Source: a virus (lineage: Duplodnaviria > Caudoviricetes). Taken from it: a stretch of 36,491 bases of DNA. Where the stretch lies: the IMG/VR virus record IMGVR_UViG_3300017914_001762, positions 1 to 36,491 of that record. One strand, 5' to 3'. A model generated the notes under the pieces. That model searched no databases, was not told the DNA's origin, and saw only the letters and a list, made by a program, of their open reading frames with translations. The translations under genes and the position numbers were made by a program. This document shows, piece after piece, positions 1 to 9,563 of this stretch. Every line of letters starts with the position of its first letter. Within the stretch, counting starts at the first letter, position 1.

Positions 1-26
1 CGTAATATACCCGTGTACACCTATGG

Positions 27-90
27 TTAGTGTACTGTACTATATAGAGTGCATTTAATAGTTTTATGCATTCTGTATAGTACACACTAA
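27..90 (+). repeat. Long imperfect inverted repeat (hairpin)
   Basis: 36-54 (TGTACTATATAGAGTGCAT) pairs with 66-84 (ATGCATTCTGTATAGTACA): 19 bp, with the two non-Watson-Crick positions being G-U compatible on the + strand. 27-32 TTAGTG pairs with 85-90 CACTAA after a 3-nt bulge. Loop is 11 nt. Confidence 0.8.
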
Positions 91-106
91 TAACGTAAAA
101 AGGTAT

Positions 107-136
107 GGTTTGTGTATACCTTTATCACCTTTTAAA
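107..136. repeat. Imperfect direct repeat, copy 1
   Basis: GGTTTGTGTATACC-TTTATCACCTTTTAAA matches 679-709 at 28 of 31 aligned columns. Confidence 0.75.
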
Positions 137-156
137 CCGCAACTATAGTATAACAG

Positions 157-162
157 TAAATA
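157..162 (+). promoter_or_regulatory. Putative T4-type late promoter core (TAAATA) before a near-leaderless ATG
   Basis: TAAATA-ACTGT-ATG(168) with no obvious Shine-Dalgarno. Resembles the T4 late consensus TATAAATA. A similar ATAAGTA (429-435) precedes ATG 444. Confidence 0.4.
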
Positions 163-167
163 ACTGT

Positions 168-425
168 ATGTACACTCACATATCACGATTAACTACTACA
201 AATTCAAATACCTATACTAGTGCTGAAGAATGGCATAGTGAACATGGTCCCAGTGGTGTACACAACAACTATGTAATTAAAGGTACTATTCAGTGTGATG
301 GCACTGGTTCAGTTATACGCACACTAGTATATGACAATTACTCACAACGTCAATTACATAGTGCTAGTAAGAGATCAGTATCCAAGTCATTTACTAGCGA
401 GCTAATACAAGAGATATTGTCGTAA
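168..425 (+). CDS. Hypothetical protein (~85 aa)
   Basis: ORF track 105..425. Start moved to ATG 168 (MYTHISRL...) because the upstream part overlaps the repeat/hairpin region and ATG 168 follows TAAATA. Confidence 0.6.
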   Translation: MYTHISRLTTTNSNTYTSAEEWHSEHGPSGVHNNYVIKGTIQCDGTGSVIRTLVYDNYSQRQLHSASKRSVSKSFTSELIQEILS

Positions 426-443
426 TTGATAAGTATTAAACAA

Positions 444-617
444 ATGGCGAAATCAAAACATTTGTTTACACTGACAAGCGAGTATGCCAGTTATCAATCT
501 AACAATCCTTTAACAAAATATGTAGAACGTGTGTGCGGAATTAATAGTACACAAAAGGCGTTACCGACGAAAACTGCTACTCAAAAACTTCGCAAAAGAA
601 AATACCGGGCAAAATAA
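444..617 (+). CDS. Small basic hypothetical protein (57 aa)
   Basis: ATG 444 within ORF 426..617, MAKSKHLF...KLRKRKYRAK, with a Lys/Arg-rich C-terminus. Confidence 0.45.
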   Translation: MAKSKHLFTLTSEYASYQSNNPLTKYVERVCGINSTQKALPTKTATQKLRKRKYRAK

Positions 618-678
618 AAATTTTTGCTACAGAATTTTTTGGTATTTTACTAGTACCCTTGTCATTACTATATCAATA

Positions 679-709
679 GGTTTGTGTATACCCTTTATTA
701 CCTTTGAAA
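679..709. repeat. Imperfect direct repeat, copy 2
   Basis: GGTTTGTGTATACCCTTTATTACCTTTGAAA; see copy 1 at 107-136. Confidence 0.75.
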
Positions 710-749
710 AATTGCTTTAACCGACGTCTTCGTCAGACAGACCAGCAGT

Positions 750-884
750 TTATTCGCGGGGCCAACGGAACTCGTCCGGGTTATTACGGCGCCATTCTCT
801 TTCTTTGTATTTGGTATATACTATGTGATACACTACTGCGAGTGTGAGTATTCCGAATATTAATAATAAAAAGTCTAGTATCAT
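750..884 (-). CDS. Small single-pass membrane protein (44 aa), not in ORF track
   Basis: Manual translation MILDFLLLIFGILTLAVVYHIVYTKYKEREWRRNNPDEFRWPRE*. ATGA overlap with the stop of the upstream radical SAM gene. Hydrophobic N-terminus followed by a charged tail. Confidence 0.65.
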   Translation of the reverse strand: MILDFLLLIFGILTLAVVYHIVYTKYKEREWRRNNPDEFRWPRE

Positions 885-2293
885 TTTACGTTATCAAATA
901 TATGCGTCATGTCTGGAAATGCTTCTGCAAACACTTGTCCGCGATGTTGTTCTAGTCGTTCTACCCATTCTTTCATTTCGGGTAATCGTTGACTCCAGTC
1001 TTCTGCGTTCATAAAGTTAACGATATTTTCAAAACGTTTAACTCCATATGTACTTGCTAACCAAGTATCATAGTCTACGTTGTTTTCTTTTACACCTGTA
1101 CAACTTTGCCAGTTTTCTTTTAACCACGGAATAAAGTCTTCACGATATTTGCGTGTTACTTCTTGTTTAAAGTCCTTGGGTAATACTTTAACGTTTAGTT
1201 GTGGTGGCCAATAAGCAAAGTGCATATTAATACCGCCTGCTCCTAGAGGCCAACTGTTAATCTTTTTAAAGTTCTGACTTAATTTCCATTTAACAAACTC
1301 TGGAATATAATAAACATTTAATGCCATAATAGTAGTAGCAGTAGTTACTTCTACATTAGGTCCTGTGTTATCCAATACGTGGAACTGCTTTTCCTGATGT
1401 TCCCATATGGAAGGATAACGTATATAATCATTTTGTTTGCCATGGGCATCAATACTGTAGTGGAATCGTACACGTTTAAATTCGTCCCAAAGGTCAAAAA
1501 GGCGTTGTGGCATTTCTACACCATTTGAGTTATAACGCAATTCAATTTGTTTTGCGTATCCACGTTTTACTACTTCTTCCAATAGTGTATAGTGTTCTTC
1601 GATTACAGTTGATTCACCGCCTGCAAAGTACAACTGATACATATGAGGTATTTGTTCATACAGTTCGTCCCAAAACTCTGGATTGTTTTTGTGCCAGTTG
1701 TAACTAGCACCATCTACTTGTCCTTTGTTATACCACTGCATACTTTCTTGCAGTTTAGGATTTTCTAATGTAGGATATATCTTTTGCCAGTCTTTTACCC
1801 AACCACTGCTATCATGTGGACTACACATAACACAACCCAGTTGACACTTACTACCCATACGCAAATCTATATAACGTATCTTAGGTGGCACTGATCCATC
1901 TGCTTGAGTTTCTTTTACAATCTCTTCCAAGTCAAACCTATTACCCCAATACTCTGTTTCCCACATACGTTTACTGGCGTGTCCGGCTTCCTCTTCTTTG
2001 TAACACTTCAAACAACTAGCAGGTTTTTCACCTTTTAGCATTTGCAGTCTTACTGATTTCATATATGTATTGTTCCAAGCATCAGTTAAGTTAGTAGTAT
2101 TAAAGTTAGCAGGTGCACCATTGTCGTTTTTTAGTACGCCTACTTCTCCACCGCCTACTTTCTTACTACTGTCTGGATCTTGTACACTACTGGCATTTGC
2201 AGTACAACATACTCGCATATGTCCATTAGGACGACTTGATAAGTGCATCCAAGGTAAAGCACAAAATGTTTTTGAAGGGAGAGGTTTTTTCAT
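881..2293 (-). CDS. Radical SAM enzyme with N-terminal twitch/SPASM-like domain
   Basis: CxxxCxxC (CQLGCVMC), FAGGE and YNSNG motifs. N-terminal CALPW...VCC...CLKC Cys cluster. Confidence 0.9.
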   Translation of the reverse strand: MKKPLPSKTFCALPWMHLSSRPNGHMRVCCTANASSVQDPDSSKKVGGGEVGVLKNDNGAPANFNTTNLTDAWNNTYMKSVRLQMLKGEKPASCLKCYKEEEAGHASKRMWETEYWGNRFDLEEIVKETQADGSVPPKIRYIDLRMGSKCQLGCVMCSPHDSSGWVKDWQKIYPTLENPKLQESMQWYNKGQVDGASYNWHKNNPEFWDELYEQIPHMYQLYFAGGESTVIEEHYTLLEEVVKRGYAKQIELRYNSNGVEMPQRLFDLWDEFKRVRFHYSIDAHGKQNDYIRYPSIWEHQEKQFHVLDNTGPNVEVTTATTIMALNVYYIPEFVKWKLSQNFKKINSWPLGAGGINMHFAYWPPQLNVKVLPKDFKQEVTRKYREDFIPWLKENWQSCTGVKENNVDYDTWLASTYGVKRFENIVNFMNAEDWSQRLPEMKEWVERLEQHRGQVFAEAFPDMTHIFDNVK

Positions 2294-2295
2294 TG

Positions 2296-3516
2296 TTATC
2301 CTTTGTGTAATTCTAATTCAGGTATATAGTCGTTAATGTTGATATTACGAGCAGTATCTATATATTGTACATAATCTTTCAGCATTTGTCTAGTCTTTTC
2401 GTTACTGCCCCAATTGGCTACATCTTTGTAGTATTTAAGTGTATATGATAAATCTTTTTGTGTTTTTTGGTCTAATGTTTCATACACTTGTTGCATACGT
2501 TGAAGTCCTAGATGTAATTGTTCATTTGTTAGTCCTTGTACTAATAATTGTTTAGGTTGATTTAAATGATAAACATCAAACCCAATATTAGGAAAGTGTG
2601 TTTGTAGTTGTTTAATTGTATTTGGAAAATCTAAATAGTTTAAACTCATTACAGTCATACCAAAATAACATTCTACATTTTTGTTTTCTTTTTGATACTG
2701 ATCCATACGTTTAATATTTTCAAATATTATATCCCATTTGCCTGGATAACGTATATACTCGTTAACACTTCCCCAACCTTCTATACTGTGTACAACACTA
2801 ATACGTTTAATTTGTTTTAAATAATCGTGGTACTTTGTAATATCAACTGTATTGTTAATGTTTAATATTAAATGATTCTTTGGACTGTTTGCTGTTGCTA
2901 CTGCTTCTATAATAGGAGCAAACTCTGGCATTACAGTTGTTTCACCACCATTTAATTTGAATCGCCAAACGTTATCATACAATGGTTCTATCTTGTGCTT
3001 GTTATCATTATACCAATCGCCTACAAGTATTGGTCCTGTGTATCCTTTATGCTTTTTACTTTCTAATGCATATTGGCTACTGCGATTGTTATTACACATA
3101 ACACATTTACTATTACAATAATTACTTGGTTTAAAATCTAAATAATTTATATCTTTTATATCAGCAGTTTCTTTTTCATATCCTGAAAATGCAATTCCCC
3201 AATGTTTCTCGTATTGTTTTATTTCTCTTAATCTTTTACTAATGTTACCTGAACGTTCTTCACTGTAACATACCTTTTCACAATGCGGATTTGTTTCACC
3301 TGCTAACATACGACGTCTTATATCTTTAAACTTATTCGAGTTATATGCTACAGTTAAACTTTCTTTTGGATCTAAAGGTTTATCAAACTTTGTAATTTCA
3401 CAACAAGGACTAGGACTTCCATCAGTATTAACGCATAAGTGTTGCCATAACAATGGACACATCAAATGGTCTTTATGATATTCATCGTACTTTGGGTGTT
3501 TACTTATAGTTGTCAT
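2296..3516 (-). CDS. Radical SAM enzyme with N-terminal twitch/SPASM-like domain
   Basis: CNSKCVMC, LNGGE and SIEG...YIRYP motifs. N-terminal CPLLW...PCC...CEKVC. Confidence 0.88.
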   Translation of the reverse strand: MTTISKHPKYDEYHKDHLMCPLLWQHLCVNTDGSPSPCCEITKFDKPLDPKESLTVAYNSNKFKDIRRRMLAGETNPHCEKVCYSEERSGNISKRLREIKQYEKHWGIAFSGYEKETADIKDINYLDFKPSNYCNSKCVMCNNNRSSQYALESKKHKGYTGPILVGDWYNDNKHKIEPLYDNVWRFKLNGGETTVMPEFAPIIEAVATANSPKNHLILNINNTVDITKYHDYLKQIKRISVVHSIEGWGSVNEYIRYPGKWDIIFENIKRMDQYQKENKNVECYFGMTVMSLNYLDFPNTIKQLQTHFPNIGFDVYHLNQPKQLLVQGLTNEQLHLGLQRMQQVYETLDQKTQKDLSYTLKYYKDVANWGSNEKTRQMLKDYVQYIDTARNININDYIPELELHKG

Positions 3517-4291
3517 AATCTCTTTTAGTAATTAAACTTATTCTTAAACCGCCTTTACATTTAAAGAAAGGTTTTCCTATTGTACTGCTATGAACAGACG
3601 CAGTATCAAATGTATATAAACTTCCTGGTTGCCAGTTAAAAGAATTTTCAATAGTTAAACCGTTATATCTTTCTATTGGACTAGGTGCTCTGAATAACTC
3701 GTGTTTAACAAATTCATCTTCTGTCATTTTGTTTACTGTTTCTATATCACACCATCCATCTTTAATAGTATAAACATTATCTATTAAAGTATAATCATCG
3801 AAACTTCTATAATGCGTTGTGCTTTTCCAACCACCGTTATCAAATGTACAACCGCTGTCTACTACTCTTTGATCATAAAAAACAATTTTACTTTTGTTGT
3901 GCTTTGGTTCTAAATACAAAGGTATTAACAAACTTCTATAAGTTATATCATCTTTTTCAAATGTATTATCTATCTCTGGCATATCAGTATGGATACCATA
4001 TTGATGTGGAGTATGAAAAAAGTTACCACTGTACGTTGTTACTTTATCAAAGTCTATTTCGTCTTTTACTATATCTTTAATAACAGGAACAACAAAGTCC
4101 TTTGCTAACGTTTTAAAATTACCTCTAAAAAATAAGTTTCCTGTTGGACTTGTACGCCATGTTTCGGTCTTTCGAAACATAAACTCTGCAAGTTCTTTTA
4201 ATTGTTCTTCAGTAAAAACGTTTTGATATTCCATAGATGGTTTAACATACTTTGCAACATATTCGTTTTTAAATCCATTATCAAATTTCAT
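3500..4291 (-). CDS. 2OG-Fe(II) oxygenase-like protein
   Basis: HxD (GIHTD), distal His (FDTASVHSS) and a downstream basic residue, consistent with a facial triad in a jelly-roll fold. Confidence 0.6.
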   Translation of the reverse strand: MKFDNGFKNEYVAKYVKPSMEYQNVFTEEQLKELAEFMFRKTETWRTSPTGNLFFRGNFKTLAKDFVVPVIKDIVKDEIDFDKVTTYSGNFFHTPHQYGIHTDMPEIDNTFEKDDITYRSLLIPLYLEPKHNKSKIVFYDQRVVDSGCTFDNGGWKSTTHYRSFDDYTLIDNVYTIKDGWCDIETVNKMTEDEFVKHELFRAPSPIERYNGLTIENSFNWQPGSLYTFDTASVHSSTIGKPFFKCKGGLRISLITKRDYDNYK

Positions 4292-5376
4292 TACTTGAAT
4301 TGCTCCGCAAAAGGATCAAATTCGGATCCACATTTCATTGCACATACTTTTAGTTTTCCATCAGCACAACTAGACTTTGTCCAACTGTTTGCTATATCGT
4401 CAAATATACCAGTTGCAAATACTTTGTCTAATCCGTGTTTAGCATTGATAGAATCTTTACCGCCTACTTGTTCTATAAAGTCCCAAATAGGTTCTTCCTT
4501 TTTAGGATCTTTATGCCACCACTTGTACATACGACCGGCAGTCCAACAACAAGGAAGTGCCAGCCCTTCGGCACTAATATAAAGACTCTTTGTAGTATCA
4601 TTAGATACTTTACATCTAATTGATGCTCTATCATAATAGGCATCCATACTACCGTGTCTGTTGACTAGTTCTTCTTGTTGTTGTAATGCTTTGTTTAAAT
4701 ATTTATTGTCTGGCTTTTTGAGCTCAGTACTGTCTTTACCTTTACGGTCTTTTGCTTGATGAGATTCTTTTGCTTCGGTATTAGCAGTAACAAAACGTCC
4801 TGTCTTCTTACTAACAAAACTTTCAAAGCCTAGTTCATCTGCTAGTGCTTTTGCTTCATCTACTTGATGTTGATTATGTTCAAATATTAAAAAGTCCCAA
4901 CGAGCTCTTCCGCCACCTTTAATAAAGGCTCTCATACTTCTTTCAACATTGTCCCATACAACACCTTGCCTATATAAATGATTAGTATCTCGCAAACCAT
5001 CTACACTAAAGATGACGTGTCCATGTTTGCCAAATACTTGTGCTAGTTTAATCCACCAATCTTCTTTTTGTGCACCAGCATTTGTATTCATACTTAAATG
5101 TATGGTCGGATTGTTTTGGCGAAAGTATTCAAATATTTCTAATGTATCCGTAGCAACAATTGGATCACCCAAGTTACCACACATATACATTGACTTTAGT
5201 TGTTTAATAAATTCTGGTTTAAAGATATCTTTACAGTCTTGTAGTGTTAGTTCATCTAAATTAATATGTGGATTGATTCCTTGTCCATTCATATTTCTAT
5301 CACACATAGGACAAGCCGCTTGACACTTTTGCGTAACTTCTAAATGTATTGTATCTATATCAGTTATCTTGTACAT
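4291..5376 (-). CDS. Radical SAM enzyme with C-terminal twitch domain
   Basis: CQAACPMC, CGNLGDP, MNTNAG and FSVDG motifs. C-terminal C...PCC...CAMKC. Confidence 0.9.
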   Translation of the reverse strand: MYKITDIDTIHLEVTQKCQAACPMCDRNMNGQGINPHINLDELTLQDCKDIFKPEFIKQLKSMYMCGNLGDPIVATDTLEIFEYFRQNNPTIHLSMNTNAGAQKEDWWIKLAQVFGKHGHVIFSVDGLRDTNHLYRQGVVWDNVERSMRAFIKGGGRARWDFLIFEHNQHQVDEAKALADELGFESFVSKKTGRFVTANTEAKESHQAKDRKGKDSTELKKPDNKYLNKALQQQEELVNRHGSMDAYYDRASIRCKVSNDTTKSLYISAEGLALPCCWTAGRMYKWWHKDPKKEEPIWDFIEQVGGKDSINAKHGLDKVFATGIFDDIANSWTKSSCADGKLKVCAMKCGSEFDPFAEQFK

Positions 5377-6471
5377 CTATTCCCAACACCATGGTAGCAC
5401 TTGTTTACTATTTGTTTTTCTTCTTTCATCTAATGCAGATAAAAATCTTTTCATTTTATCATTTAGTTCTTCATTGTACTCATATTTTGCATACATATTT
5501 TTTAAAAACTTATGTTCACAATTATCAGATGCTTGTTTAACAACATCTGGCTTCAATGCGTTTAGAGATAATTGAGTTGGATTGTACAATGGATTCATTA
5601 GTATTCTACGTTCAAGTTTAGGATGTAAACTAGCAAACGTATCAAATGTTTTTTGTGTAACAGGATAATTTAATGCGCCAACTGTAATATTTAAAGTTGC
5701 TCTTACATTACTTTCGAATAAAACTTTTTTAAAATTAGTTAACCAAAGATCCCAATTCATTGGAAAACGTATATACTCATTTACTTCTCCATAACTTTCA
5801 ACACTAAAAGTCATGTGTACTTTTTTAAACTTATTTAAAATTTCCCATACTTTATCGGTAAAACTAACTCCGTTAGTTATGAATCTTAATTCAGTATTTT
5901 GTCTATTCCATTCATTGTTACTTAAACGTTCTATAAACTTAATTACATTCTTCATATAAAAAGGTTCACCACCTGCAAAGTTTATTCCTTTTGCTTTGTC
6001 TACTGTATTAGTATAAATGTATTCCCAATCGACTTTCTTTCTATTAATAGGAACACCTTTATGTGTACTTGCACTAAACTCATTATATATATCAATGTCC
6101 TCTGCCCATTTACTGCTCCAGTTGATATTACACATTACACATTTTAAATTACAAGTGTTATCTGGTCGTATATCCCAATAAGTTATTGCGTCATTGTTCT
6201 CATAACCATATCGCTTGTTATATGTTATTCTAGGACTAATCAATCCGGCATCTTCAGATACTTTACAAGGACTACATATATCTGGCCAGATACCATTTTT
6301 TAAATCTTTTCTTGCTTCTATTACATCATTAGAGTGTACTATTTCATCTATAGTTGAAACATAGTTAGTTGCAGATTTCATATTACAACAAACTCTGTTA
6401 TGATATCCGTTATCATTAACTCTTATGAATACACTATTATATAATTTTGCACAAAACATATTATTTCTCAC
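5377..6471 (-). CDS. Radical SAM enzyme with N-terminal twitch/SPASM-like domain
   Basis: CNLKCVMC, FAGGEPF and ITNG motifs. N-terminal FCAKLY...VCC...CSPC. Confidence 0.88.
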   Translation of the reverse strand: MRNNMFCAKLYNSVFIRVNDNGYHNRVCCNMKSATNYVSTIDEIVHSNDVIEARKDLKNGIWPDICSPCKVSEDAGLISPRITYNKRYGYENNDAITYWDIRPDNTCNLKCVMCNINWSSKWAEDIDIYNEFSASTHKGVPINRKKVDWEYIYTNTVDKAKGINFAGGEPFYMKNVIKFIERLSNNEWNRQNTELRFITNGVSFTDKVWEILNKFKKVHMTFSVESYGEVNEYIRFPMNWDLWLTNFKKVLFESNVRATLNITVGALNYPVTQKTFDTFASLHPKLERRILMNPLYNPTQLSLNALKPDVVKQASDNCEHKFLKNMYAKYEYNEELNDKMKRFLSALDERRKTNSKQVLPWCWE

Positions 6472-6871
6472 AAACTCTTTTTCTGAGATCGCTAGTACTG
6501 AATCTATGATCTCTTTTATTAAAGTAAAGTTCTATTCCTCTTTTGCGACATATGTCTTTACCTGTAAAGTCTTTATCTCTGTATTCTTCGCCTAGTATAC
6601 GAATGTTGATAGGCAGTGTTTCTAATATGTCTTCTAAATCTCTTTCAGTTTGATAAGGTACTACTTCGTCAACATACTCAACTGCTTTTAGTTGTAGGTA
6701 TCTTTCAAACATAGTTTGTATTGGACTGTTCTTTGTGTCAGGTCTATCGATAGTTGGATCACTTTGTAATCCTACAATCAAATAATCACACTTACTTTTT
6801 GCTTCACGCAACATAGCAACGTGTCCGGCGTGTAGTAAATCAAATGTACTAAATGTTATTCCGACTTTCAT
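6461..6871 (-). CDS. Cytidylyltransferase, TagD (glycerol-3-phosphate cytidylyltransferase)-like
   Basis: STFDLLHAGH (HxGH motif), LIVGLQSD and C-terminal RFSTSDLR; 136 aa. Confidence 0.88.
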   Translation of the reverse strand: MKVGITFSTFDLLHAGHVAMLREAKSKCDYLIVGLQSDPTIDRPDTKNSPIQTMFERYLQLKAVEYVDEVVPYQTERDLEDILETLPINIRILGEEYRDKDFTGKDICRKRGIELYFNKRDHRFSTSDLRKRVCEK

Positions 6872-7610
6872 CTCTTACTTTCTTATTATATTCTAATACT
6901 TCTTCGAGTATTGTTAAGTTAACGCCATCTACTTGTCCACTTCTTACAGTAGCAAGTGTGTCTTTTGGAAAACAGTGTCCTCCAAATCCTCTTTGACTTG
7001 TAACCGTACTATGACTATCGCCTATACGATCATCAGCACAAACAATATTTCTTACTTGTTCATAGTTTATACCCTTTGCAGTACAAAAGTCAAATATTTG
7101 ATTAAAGAAACTAACTTTAGTTGCTAAGAAACTATTGCGTAATTGTTTTGCTACAATTAGTTCTTCTGGTTGTGCAATATGTAAATTAACTTTGCCAAGT
7201 GCAAAGCGAAACAAGTCAACCCAATAGTTTGCATTCGCTCCGCCAAAGTAAAAGTCTTTGGTGTTTAATATATCTTGTTTCCAAGTCTTTGCTCTTAAAA
7301 ACTCTGGACTAAATGTTAAGTTCTTATTTTTACAACAATCAACTATTAACTTCCAGCCTTCAATACTGATTGTACTTTTAATTAATATATTTGCATCTGG
7401 ACATTCTTCTATAACATCACCCACGTTAGTAACATCACAATAACCATTGTTAGTGCCAGGTGTACTTACACAAATAATAACTGCATCTGCATGACGCAAG
7501 TCTCCATAATGATTCTTATTTGGATCACTTATAATAATTTCGTGATAGTCTTTAAACAATTCCTCCATTGCTTGTCCAACGTATCCATATCCTGCTATAC
7601 CTAATTTCAT
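6849..7610 (-). CDS. UDP-glucose/GDP-mannose dehydrogenase family protein, short form lacking the C-terminal domain
   Basis: GYGYVG Rossmann motif, ICVSTP, IKSTI, SPEFLR, AK..RN and GFGGHCFPKD. Start at ATG 7610 (ATGA overlap) preferred over 7631. Confidence 0.88.
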   Translation of the reverse strand: MKLGIAGYGYVGQAMEELFKDYHEIIISDPNKNHYGDLRHADAVIICVSTPGTNNGYCDVTNVGDVIEECPDANILIKSTISIEGWKLIVDCCKNKNLTFSPEFLRAKTWKQDILNTKDFYFGGANANYWVDLFRFALGKVNLHIAQPEELIVAKQLRNSFLATKVSFFNQIFDFCTAKGINYEQVRNIVCADDRIGDSHSTVTSQRGFGGHCFPKDTLATVRSGQVDGVNLTILEEVLEYNKKVRDESRNNI

Positions 7611-7834
7611 TTTGCTAACCAATATATCCAAACTAACATAGGAATAATAATTAAGAATTGTGGAGCAAAGTTAAGTATAATACTTTTCTCATTCCATTTA
7701 TATCCTACATATATCCAACCTGCGGCTCCTAGCATTTGTACAATACTATTCCAAGGTGTTATACCTGCTACATGAAGTACCATTGCTATTAGTATTAGCA
7801 CTGCACTTGTATATTTTACAATGACTATTGGCAT
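7607..7834 (-). CDS. Small multi-pass membrane protein (75 aa)
   Basis: Three hydrophobic segments. Similar layout (W.Y.GYK) to 26396..26644. Confidence 0.7.
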   Translation of the reverse strand: MPIVIVKYTSAVLILIAMVLHVAGITPWNSIVQMLGAAGWIYVGYKWNEKSIILNFAPQFLIIIPMLVWIYWLAK

Positions 7835-8046
7835 ACTAAATTTACTGCCTTGCCTGGTCCTACTTTACTTGGTAAGTCGCCGTGTTGTTCTATATACCAA
7901 TTGATAACTGCTTTGTACCAGTTATGGCTATTATGATGTGCTTGTTTATTGAACTGATGAATGTTAACACTAGTTGCATCCATAGTTGCCAATGCTCTTG
8001 CACTTTCTAATTGCAATTCCCTAATTGATAAATTATTTAAATCCAA
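7825..8046 (-). CDS. Hypothetical protein (73 aa)
   Basis: Overlaps both neighbours in the operon; no motif recognised. Confidence 0.7.
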   Translation of the reverse strand: MDLNNLSIRELQLESARALATMDATSVNIHQFNKQAHHNSHNWYKAVINWYIEQHGDLPSKVGPGKAVNLVCQ

Positions 8047-8899
8047 TTCTCATATACCTCGTATATTTGCCTAAGTCTAACTCACCTTCGTATAAAACTT
8101 TAGACATAGGAGTTTGCTCTCCAAACTGCTCTAGTGTACCTGCACAATTAACGTGTTCAGGTAATTCACTATAATCATTATTTTGTAATATAAGTAATTT
8201 GCCTTCTGGTATTTTATTGTACCATTCTGAGAAGTTTTCAATATGTTCACAACTTGTATTAATGATAGTATCTGGTTCTTCTGTAACCGGGTGACTCATT
8301 CTATTATTTGCAGTACTCCAACAACTCCATGTATGTCCATTATAATTAATATTGTGCATATCTTCAGTAATTGCTTTAAATTGCCAGCCTTGTTTTACCC
8401 AATGTGCATTTATAGAATCTGCAACTTTTTCACACTCGGGATCGATATCAAAACTTCTTATATTATAGATTTTTAATCTATGAGGCCAGTGTCTCGATAC
8501 ACCACCTCTTTCTGCTAAAGTTAATCCTCTGCCGGTTAACAAATTGTCATCTGCTTGATAAGGTTTTCTAGCAGACTTATGAATTAACATAGATGCTAGT
8601 AGTCCATACCATCCTCCTAAAATAAAAATATTACCTAATAACAATCCGCCTTGTCTTCCGTACTCAACAGGTAAATCATCTCTTCCATCTTGAAACCATG
8701 CTTTATTGTTTAGTTCAGTTATTACTTGTACTATCCATTGTTTACTTTTTAATTGACCAATACTCATAGCATCGTTGAAATCGACATCCATATTATTCAT
8801 TGTATTACTAATGTCTTTAAACATTGGGTCACTTGTTAACATATACATACGAGCAAACAAATCTTTGTCGTCATTTACATTTAAATCTTTCTTACTCAT
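8033..8899 (-). CDS. Class I SAM-dependent methyltransferase-like protein
   Basis: Gly-rich ILGGWYG (motif I-like), acidic SFDIDP (motif II-like) and INTSCEH. Start could be 8899 or 8905. Confidence 0.6.
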   Translation of the reverse strand: MSKKDLNVNDDKDLFARMYMLTSDPMFKDISNTMNNMDVDFNDAMSIGQLKSKQWIVQVITELNNKAWFQDGRDDLPVEYGRQGGLLLGNIFILGGWYGLLASMLIHKSARKPYQADDNLLTGRGLTLAERGGVSRHWPHRLKIYNIRSFDIDPECEKVADSINAHWVKQGWQFKAITEDMHNINYNGHTWSCWSTANNRMSHPVTEEPDTIINTSCEHIENFSEWYNKIPEGKLLILQNNDYSELPEHVNCAGTLEQFGEQTPMSKVLYEGELDLGKYTRYMRIGFK

Positions 8900-9563
8900 T
8901 TTCAAACCTTTCCTTTAACCATTGCCAGTTATTAATGTTTTTATAATCACCTGTATGTGCATACTTGCCATATTCTGATCCGGCTAATGCTCCTGCAATA
9001 CTATAATCGCCAAAGTCTCCCTTGCCAACTGTACACCAAGTGTTTAATCTCGAATCTGTTTCAGCATCTTTTTGTCCAGGTATAACTTTACTGCTTAACT
9101 TAACACATTCTCTAAATGCCGCTTTCCAAGTATTAAAAGGATCTGTATCATAATGTACAGTACTGCCTACTACTTGATAAGGAACAAATTTTGTGCTAAT
9201 TGCAGTTGTAAAGTCTACAACATTGTCTGGATCAACATCTAAGACTTTTTGAGTAGGGAATAATTTGATTCCACTATATCCATACACCAAGTCATTAACT
9301 CCGTTACGAGCTCTCCAAACATATACTGCATCTTTACCATACTTGTCTGGTTTAAAACTTGGATCGAATTCTTCTGTTATTAAGTTGTCACCTTCTATAA
9401 CATAATACATTTCAGTACGAGCCATTTTTGCACAGGCTTGGTGTGCATAAGGTAAACCCAAAACTCCGTGACTTCTTCTTGCCCACGGAAACTTTTTCTT
9501 TACAATATCCCAATGCTTATCTGCATTAGGTTCTTCGTAACTCATAAAAATTATATCAAACAT
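8892..9563 (-). CDS. Glycosyltransferase-like protein (GT-A-type, inferred)
   Basis: FMSYEEPNAD...HGV.G...AH...VIEGDN (DxD-like), YGYSGIKLF and AFREC. Paralog of 27238..28176. Confidence 0.5.
   Translation of the reverse strand: MFDIIFMSYEEPNADKHWDIVKKKFPWARRSHGVLGLPYAHQACAKMARTEMYYVIEGDNLITEEFDPSFKPDKYGKDAVYVWRARNGVNDLVYGYSGIKLFPTQKVLDVDPDNVVDFTTAISTKFVPYQVVGSTVHYDTDPFNTWKAAFRECVKLSSKVIPGQKDAETDSRLNTWCTVGKGDFGDYSIAGALAGSEYGKYAHTGDYKNINNWQWLKERFENE

Noticed and set aside
529-720. 63-aa plus-strand ORF
   Set aside because: GTG start, overlaps 444..617 out of frame and runs across the repeat region; no supporting signal.
721-736. Small hairpin (CTGACG-AAGA-CGTCGG, minus strand) as operon terminator
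   Set aside because: Short stem with no U-tract; too weak to call.
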